Shown one piece after another: positions 45,200 to 51,076 of a DNA stretch of 51,076 nucleotides. The first letter of the stretch is position 1. Each line of letters starts with the position of its first letter. This DNA comes from Chthoniobacterales bacterium. Its GTDB lineage: Bacteria; Verrucomicrobiota; Verrucomicrobiia; Chthoniobacterales; Chthoniobacteraceae. Location of the stretch: positions 1 to 51,076 of the forward strand of contig JBBQZX010000034.1 of the NCBI GenBank assembly GCA_038207335.1, written 5' to 3'. Under the pieces are notes generated by a model. It did not search any database. It was not told where the DNA came from and worked only from the letters and a program-made list of their open reading frames with translations. The position numbers and the translations under genes are program-made.

Positions 45200-46420
45200 C
45201 TAAGAAATCAGAACGCGCAAACTGGAGTGCAAGAAACTTTCGCGAAGCTGCGCCAGCTCCGCAGACGTCAGAACTCGGGAGTCGGCGCCTGGCGGTTTAG
45301 CCGGGTTGTTCATCAGCGACTTCAGAACAGTGAGGAAAATTTCCGGCTGCTCATCGACGGGGATTTCCAGCGCCTCGGGAAATTCAGCATCCAAAATCCA
45401 CGTCGAGAAATCCGACTGTTGGCACAGTTCCTCCAACCAGCGCACGACGGTTTCAGTCGGCTCCCCATCGTATCGCTGACCGATGAATTTCAGGATTTCC
45501 ACGCGGCTCGGCACGTTCAAGAGCAGCGCGAGAAAGAAGCGGTGTCCGACCTCCGAAACCGCCCCGCGCAGCGCCGAGAGCGCGTCGCGGCGGATGATTT
45601 CGTCGAGCGTCGGCGCGGCAAAATCCGCGAGCCGGCCGTGCTTCGCGCGGAAGATTTTCCACAGCGCATCCCACTCTCCGACGCTGCGCAAATGGCCGAT
45701 GCAATTTTGCAAAACGAAGAACCCACGCTCGAAATCGAGCATCCCGATCATTTCGCGCACGAGGTCGGGATACGCGGAGTCTTCGACCTGCTCGATCATA
45801 TCGAGAAGCTGCTTGCGACGCGTGGTGAGCGCGTCGTGATGGAACGGATCGACGGCGAGATGCGGGGGGAGATAGGTGAATTGCGGGCCGGTTCCGGGAT
45901 CGGTGTGAGTGCGGATGACAACGGTGGCCGACGGCGTCTCGAGATGGAAAAGCGAGTGGATGTAGCCGCGCCCGGAGACGATCGGCGCCGTACTGCCGGT
46001 CTCGAGCAAGTGCGTCTCGATCATCCGCAAATCGCCGACCCGCATGTGCGCGGTGACCGACTCCGCATTTTCAAACTGGAACCGCGAGTGAATGCTCGAT
46101 CCGGCGAGGACATGAAATGCGCCGGAGAATTTGTGCTGGTGAATATCCGTCGTCCCGTCGAGCCAGAACAAAATCTGGATGTAAAATCGCGGATTGTCAT
46201 AGACCACGAGCTCCGGCTGGCCGAAGCCAGACGCCGTCTGAAACGGCTGCTCATCCTCGAGCAGGAACGCGCGGAGGAGCGCGGAAAGCTCCACATTCTC
46301 CGCAGGCGGACGCTCCTCGAGCGCCGCGCACGCGATCTCGGGAAACCGCTCCAGCGAGAAATTCGCCGCCTGCCACCGCGCAGAAACGGTGCGCCCGAGC
46401 TGGGTGAAAAATGAATCCAT
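45200..46420 (-). CDS. Hypothetical protein with a cysteine-dioxygenase-like cupin domain
   Basis: ILFWLDGTTDIHQHKFSGAFHVLAG (cupin motif 1 with HxH) and YIHSLFH (motif 2 His); helical C-terminal half. Start is 46420 or 46429. Confidence 0.65.
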   Translation of the reverse strand: MDSFFTQLGRTVSARWQAANFSLERFPEIACAALEERPPAENVELSALLRAFLLEDEQPFQTASGFGQPELVVYDNPRFYIQILFWLDGTTDIHQHKFSGAFHVLAGSSIHSRFQFENAESVTAHMRVGDLRMIETHLLETGSTAPIVSGRGYIHSLFHLETPSATVVIRTHTDPGTGPQFTYLPPHLAVDPFHHDALTTRRKQLLDMIEQVEDSAYPDLVREMIGMLDFERGFFVLQNCIGHLRSVGEWDALWKIFRAKHGRLADFAAPTLDEIIRRDALSALRGAVSEVGHRFFLALLLNVPSRVEILKFIGQRYDGEPTETVVRWLEELCQQSDFSTWILDAEFPEALEIPVDEQPEIFLTVLKSLMNNPAKPPGADSRVLTSAELAQLRESFLHSSLRVLIS

Positions 46421-46580
46421 GACATTCACTTTTCAGCCGCCGCGCGGCGCGACAAGAACCAACGCGCCATTCCGCGAGGGCCGCGCAGGGGGCGGCGTGC
46501 GATGGGGGGTGAGCTCATTTTGCTCGGAAGGACGAATCACTTCGCCTTTAACCGCCGCCCGCCCGCAGCACCGCACCGCT

Positions 46581-47015
46581 TTGCACAACTCCATTTCCAT
46601 CCAAATCCGCGCCCCGCGCGAAACCGTTTTCGCGATGGTGAGCGATCTCTCGCGCTGGCCGGAATTGCTGCCGCACTACAGATACGTCACGGCTCTAGGG
46701 CGGGAGAATGGACGCGAGATCGTGCGCATGGCGGCGTTGCGGAGCGGGATCCCGATCGCATGGGTATCAGCCTACGAGGCTGATCGCCAGTCGCTCGAAC
46801 TGCGCTTCGAGCATCTGAGGAAGTGGACGCGCGGGATGCGTGTCATCTGGACTCTGACGCCGACGCGCGACGGCACGCGTGTCGAGATCGTGCATGATCT
46901 CGCGTTTCGCTTCCGATCACTGGCGTGGTTTGCGGAGCCGATCATTGGCGGTTTTTTCATCGAAAATATCGCGGCGAAAACGCTGCGGGTATTCAAGGAA
47001 CACTTGGAAAAATGA
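46581..47015 (+). CDS. SRPBCC/START-family polyketide cyclase-like protein
   Basis: SIQIRAPRETVFAMVSDLSRWPELLPHY ... GMRVIWTLTP..DGTRVEIVHD; TTG start inferred. Confidence 0.85.
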   Translation: MHNSISIQIRAPRETVFAMVSDLSRWPELLPHYRYVTALGRENGREIVRMAALRSGIPIAWVSAYEADRQSLELRFEHLRKWTRGMRVIWTLTPTRDGTRVEIVHDLAFRFRSLAWFAEPIIGGFFIENIAAKTLRVFKEHLEK

Positions 47016-48247
47016 GGCGACGAGCTGTGATTACCGGGCTCGGCCCGATCACGTGCGCGGGCACGGGAAAGGACGCGTTTTGGGCGTCGATCCGCGCGGG
47101 CCGGAGTGGGATTTCGCGCATCACGGGATTCGACACGAGCGATTACAAGGCGCACTGCGGAGGCGAAATTCGCGACTTCGATCCGGCGCACTTCTTCCCA
47201 CCGCACCGGCTGAAACGGCTGGATCGATACGCACAATTTTCCGTCGCCTCCGCGCTGCTCGCGCTCGAGGACGCGGGACTGCCGTGGTCAAAGGAGACGC
47301 CGCAGCCGCGCGCGGGAGTCAGCTTTGGCACAGCGCTTGGTGGGATCGCGAATGCGGAAAACGAGCATCAGCTTTTCCTAAAAAAGGGAGCACGCGGGGT
47401 GAACCAGACACTCGCGCTGCAGGTCTTCGGCGGCAGTGCGCACTCGAATATCGCGATCGAATGCGGCTTCCGCGGAGTCGGGACGACAAATTCGAACTCG
47501 TGCGCGAGCGGCGTCGTATCGATCGGCGAGGCGATGCGCTACATCCGCGACGACATGGCGGATGTGATGATCGCGGGCGGGGCGGAGGCACCGCTGAGCC
47601 CGCTCACTTTTGCGGCGTTCGATTTCATCAAGACGATGAGCCGGTGGGAAGGCGACCCGCCGCTGGCATGCCGGCCTTTCGACCTGCATCGCGAGGGCTT
47701 CGTGATGGGCGAAGGCGCGGCGAGCCTGGTCGTGGAGGAGCGCGAACATGCGTTGCGGCGCGGCGCGCACATTTACGCGGAGGTGCTCGGATATTCGCTG
47801 AACAACGAGGCGTGGCACATGACGACGCCGCTGCCCGGCGGCGAGTGCGTGATCGCGTGCATGGGGGCCGCGCTCGCCGATGCGCGGCTCGCACCGGGCG
47901 ACATCGACTACATCAACGCTCACGCCAGCGGCACACAGATGAACGACGCGAACGAGGCCGCCTGCATCCGCGCGGTCTTCGGCGAGACGCCGCCACCGGT
48001 GAGCGGGACGAAGGCCTTCACGGCGCATCCGCTCGGGGCTACGGGGGCGATCGAGGCGGTCATCTGCGCGCTCGCGCTGGAGCATGAGTACCTCCCGCCA
48101 ACGCTAAATCTGAGCACGCCGGACCCCGCATGCGACATCGATGTCGTGCCGAATGTGGGCCGGGAAAAGGCGCTGCGATTTGTGATGAATAACGCGTTCG
48201 GATTCGGTGGGATCAATGCGGCGCTGGTGCTCGGCGGCGCGAGTTAG
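47012..48247 (+). CDS. Beta-ketoacyl-ACP synthase (FabF/KS-alpha-like)
   Basis: AVITGLG, NSCASG (catalytic Cys), CRPFD..REGFVMGEG, YINAHASGT, TAHPLGA, NAFGFGG; ATGA overlap with the cyclase gene. Confidence 0.93.
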   Translation: MRRRAVITGLGPITCAGTGKDAFWASIRAGRSGISRITGFDTSDYKAHCGGEIRDFDPAHFFPPHRLKRLDRYAQFSVASALLALEDAGLPWSKETPQPRAGVSFGTALGGIANAENEHQLFLKKGARGVNQTLALQVFGGSAHSNIAIECGFRGVGTTNSNSCASGVVSIGEAMRYIRDDMADVMIAGGAEAPLSPLTFAAFDFIKTMSRWEGDPPLACRPFDLHREGFVMGEGAASLVVEEREHALRRGAHIYAEVLGYSLNNEAWHMTTPLPGGECVIACMGAALADARLAPGDIDYINAHASGTQMNDANEAACIRAVFGETPPPVSGTKAFTAHPLGATGAIEAVICALALEHEYLPPTLNLSTPDPACDIDVVPNVGREKALRFVMNNAFGFGGINAALVLGGAS

Positions 48248-48368
48248 CGGCGGTCGCAGGCGCGGGAAGTTCCGACTAAGACCGTCTCCCGATTCCGGTA
48301 ATCCCGTGACACGGCGAATACCGCCGATACCCTACCAGCTCCCCACTTCAAAAACCCCACCATCACAC

Positions 48369-49667
48369 ATGAACCATCCGATCGAATCCGCGCTCACCCG
48401 TCGCTCTTTTCTCACAAAATCATCCGCAGCTCTCGCAGGCACCGCGCTCATCGCGGGAATGCCGTCGATCGGCCGCGCAGCGGAGGAGAAGATATTGAAA
48501 ATCGCGCTCGTCGGCTGCGGCGGACGTGGCACGGGCGCAGCGAGTCAGGCGCTCGCGGCGGACAAGAACATCGAGCTCGTCGCGATGGCGGACGTTTTCT
48601 CCGACCATCTTGAGACGAGCCTCGCGAACCTCCGCCAAATCAGTCCCGACAAAGTCAAAGTCGATGACGCGCACAAATTCGTGGGCCTCGACGCGATCGA
48701 TAAAGTACTCGCGATGGATGTGGATGTCGTGCTGCTCACCACACCTCCCGGCTTCCGTGCTGAGCATTTTGAAAAGGCTGTGAAGGCCGGCAAACACACG
48801 TTCTGCGAGAAGCCGTGCGCCACGGATGCGCCCGGCGTGCATCGCTTTCTCGCTGCTGCGGAGGAGTCGAAAAAGAAAGGACTCGGCTGCCAGTCGGGCT
48901 TCTGCTGGCGCTCGCACTACGGAGAGCGCGAGACGTATCAGCGCGTCCACGATGGCATGATCGGCGACGTCCGCGCGGTCTATGGCACATACCTAGGAAG
49001 CACGCCTTGGGTGAAGCCGCGGAAGCCCGAGTGGTCCGACCTCGAGTATCAGCTCCGCAACTGGATGTATTTCTGCTGGCTCTCCGGCGACCACATCGTC
49101 GAGCAGGCCGTGCATACGATCGACAAAATGTCGTGGGCCTTTGGCGATGTCGCACCCATCAGCGCCACCGGCCAGGGCGGGCGGCAGCAGCGCGTGGAGG
49201 ATGAATACGGGCACATCTACGACCACTTCACGATCGTCTATGAATACCCGAACGGCGCGCGCGGCATCATTGCCTGCCGCCAGCAGCAGGGCTGCTCGAG
49301 CGACGTGTCGGATCACATCCTGGGGACAAAAGGCACGGTCAAGCAGACCAGCGGGCGGCTCAATGCGATCACCACGCCCGACTCGAATTGGAAATACAAC
49401 GGGCCGAAGAACGACATGTATCAGACCGAGCACGACGAATATTTCGCGTCGATCCGCGCGGGCAAGCCGCTGAATTTCGCGGAGAAACTCGCGCACTCCA
49501 CAATGGTCGCGATCCTCGGCCGCATGTCGGCCTACACGGGCCAGACGATCACTTGGGAAGATGCGCTGGCGTCGAAAGAAGACCTCCGTCCGACCGATCC
49601 GCTGGATTTCAAGATGAAGCTCGCGACGCCTCCCGTGCCGATGCCGGGGCGCACGAAGTTCGTGTAG
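48369..49667 (+). CDS. Gfo/Idh/MocA family oxidoreductase, Tat-exported
   Basis: TRRSFL signal, ALVGCGGRGTGA, TTPPGFR, GKHTFCEKP, GDHIVEQAVHTID. Confidence 0.93.
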   Translation: MNHPIESALTRRSFLTKSSAALAGTALIAGMPSIGRAAEEKILKIALVGCGGRGTGAASQALAADKNIELVAMADVFSDHLETSLANLRQISPDKVKVDDAHKFVGLDAIDKVLAMDVDVVLLTTPPGFRAEHFEKAVKAGKHTFCEKPCATDAPGVHRFLAAAEESKKKGLGCQSGFCWRSHYGERETYQRVHDGMIGDVRAVYGTYLGSTPWVKPRKPEWSDLEYQLRNWMYFCWLSGDHIVEQAVHTIDKMSWAFGDVAPISATGQGGRQQRVEDEYGHIYDHFTIVYEYPNGARGIIACRQQQGCSSDVSDHILGTKGTVKQTSGRLNAITTPDSNWKYNGPKNDMYQTEHDEYFASIRAGKPLNFAEKLAHSTMVAILGRMSAYTGQTITWEDALASKEDLRPTDPLDFKMKLATPPVPMPGRTKFV

Positions 49668-49752
49668 AAAAGCGGGCGTCCGCCTGTCATTCGCGAGCCG
49701 ACTGCGCGTCGGACCGCTGCTTTCCATCTTTCAACTGCACCTCCTCCGTCCC

Positions 49753-50643
49753 ATGAATCGCCGTACCTTCCTCGCCACCACTACCGCCGCCTTGACCGCT
49801 TCAGCACTTGATCTCCGGGCGGATGAGCCAAAGAAAAAGCGGTCGCTGAAAAAGGCCGTGAACCTCGGCATGGTGAATATCAAGGACGCCTCCGTGGCCG
49901 ACCGTTTCAAGGCGGTGCGCGACGCGGGCTTCGACGGCATCGAGCTGAATCGGCCCGACGCCATCCCGCTCGACGAGCTCTTGAAAGCCAAGGAGAGCAG
50001 CGGGCTCGAAATCGCCGGGATCATCTGCTCGACGCATTGGGGGAAGCCGCTCTCAGATAACGATCCCGCCATCCGCGAGCAGGGAATGCGCGGGCTCAAA
50101 CTCGCGCTGGCAGACGCAGGGGAGCTCGGCTGCAAGCGGATGCTCCTGGTCCCCGGCGTCGTGAACAAAAAGACCTCGTACGACACCGCCTATAAAAACT
50201 CGCTCGCCGCGATCAAGGAGGCGGTGCCTTTCGCCGAAAAGGCCGGCTGCAAAATCGCGATCGAGAATGTGTGGAATCAATTCCTGCTCAGTCCGCTGGA
50301 GGCTGCGCACTTCGTCGATGAGATCGCGAGCCCGTGGGTCGGCTGGCATTTCGACATCGGCAACGTCATCACCTTCGGCTGGCCGGAGCAGTGGATTCAC
50401 ATCCTTGGGCCGCGTATTTTGAATCTGCACCTCAAGGAATTCAGCCGCAAAAAGCGCGACGCCGAGGGGCTCGGGAAAGGCTTCAACGTCGAACTAGGCG
50501 AGGGCGATGTCGGCTGGCCCGATGTGATGAAGGCGCTCGACGACATCCATTACGAAGGCTACGGCATCGCCGAAGTCCCCGGCGGCGACGCCACGCGCCT
50601 GAAGTTCCTCGCCGAGCGCATCGACCAGCTCTACGCGAGCTAA
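49753..50643 (+). CDS. Sugar phosphate isomerase/epimerase (xylose-isomerase-like TIM barrel), Tat-exported
   Basis: MNRRTFL signal, AGFDGIE, IAIENVW, FDIGN, LHLKE, LGEGDVGW, IAEV. Confidence 0.92.
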   Translation: MNRRTFLATTTAALTASALDLRADEPKKKRSLKKAVNLGMVNIKDASVADRFKAVRDAGFDGIELNRPDAIPLDELLKAKESSGLEIAGIICSTHWGKPLSDNDPAIREQGMRGLKLALADAGELGCKRMLLVPGVVNKKTSYDTAYKNSLAAIKEAVPFAEKAGCKIAIENVWNQFLLSPLEAAHFVDEIASPWVGWHFDIGNVITFGWPEQWIHILGPRILNLHLKEFSRKKRDAEGLGKGFNVELGEGDVGWPDVMKALDDIHYEGYGIAEVPGGDATRLKFLAERIDQLYAS

Positions 50644-50667
50644 CTTTCGGCCGGGACCGGCGGGAGC

Positions 50668-50823
50668 TCAGAGGTAATCGCGGGCGATTTTCCAGCCGGC
50701 CCAGACGCCGACCATGCTACCGATGCCGCTGACGATGAAGGCAGTCATCATGCCCTCGAATTCCCCGAGCCACCAGCCGAGCGCACCGCCGATATTCATG
50801 CCGAGGAAGATGAGCAATTTCAC
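50668..50823 (-). CDS. Small two-TM membrane protein (51 aa)
   Basis: GTG start; MKLLIFLGMNIGGALGWWLGEFEGMMTAFIVSGIGSMVGVWAGWKIARDYL, Gly-rich hydrophobic helices. Confidence 0.7.
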   Translation of the reverse strand: MKLLIFLGMNIGGALGWWLGEFEGMMTAFIVSGIGSMVGVWAGWKIARDYL

Positions 50824-50862
50824 GAGGAATCTGGGTATAGCAGACTGTGCGCCCGGGGCGGT

Positions 50863-51076
50863 TCAGCGGAGGCGGTAGATGCGGATGCCGGGATGGAGAT
50901 AGAGGACGGTGCCGCGCTCGCGTTCCCACGGGAGGAGTTCGGCCTCGCGGAAGAGCTGCTGATAGAAATCCGCGCGCGCGCGAAAGGTCGCCGACTGGCC
51001 TGATTTCGCACGCACGCTGCCGGTGAAATACTTCCCGTAATCGGTCTCCGACACGACGACGTGCGTCACCCCTTCG
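50863..51076 (-). CDS. C-terminal end of a gene running off the window (possibly a membrane glycosyltransferase)
   Basis: Open frame GVTHVVVSETDYGKYF...LHPGIRIYRLR; the P.IRIYRL ending is typical of ArnT/PMT-like periplasmic tails. Confidence 0.5.
   Translation of the reverse strand, partial: EGVTHVVVSETDYGKYFTGSVRAKSGQSATFRARADFYQQLFREAELLPWERERGTVLYLHPGIRIYRLR

Noticed and set aside
45101..46414. 437-aa plus-strand ORF opposite the cupin gene
   Set aside because: Antisense shadow; the minus-strand frame carries the cupin motifs and is coupled to the downstream lipoprotein gene.

Overview
GC-rich bacterial chromosomal segment. The gene content (PEP-CTERM protein with autotransporter-associated beta-strand repeats, many Tat-exported sugar enzymes, sulfatase, DUF1080, dispersed trpB/hisD/bioA) points to a Verrucomicrobiota (Chthoniobacterales-like) organism; this assignment is inference. 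Layout: (1) 1-680: probable IS terminus abutting a relic integron-type gene cassette that encodes an Imm26-like immunity protein; (2) 702-13500: a cluster of exported carbohydrate-active or uncharacterised proteins (two SGNH hydrolases, a 1234-aa multidomain protein, a Tat-exported enolase-superfamily dehydratase, a Tat alpha/alpha-barrel-like protein, a sulfatase, a CxxCH cytochrome fusion, DUF1080); (3) tRNA-Val(GAC), overlapped antisense by an EamA gene that lies behind a putative leader-peptide attenuator; (4) a ~2265-aa PEP-CTERM surface protein, a TMTC-like glycosyltransferase, an L,D-transpeptidase, and tatA preceded by a 32-aa mini-paralog; (5) 25.5-44.2 kb: mostly housekeeping genes (TlpA pair, cysK, phhB, mgtE, rpe, folC, accD, comF, bioA, panB, folK, dapB, dapA, pilT/U, dedA, trpB, hisD); (6) 44.2-51 kb: a cupin plus beta-propeller lipoprotein, an SRPBCC cyclase plus ketosynthase, and a Tat oxidoreductase plus TIM-barrel sugar enzyme. 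No CRISPR array, rRNA, integrase or intact transposase was seen. All family assignments come from motif recognition by eye, not from database searches.
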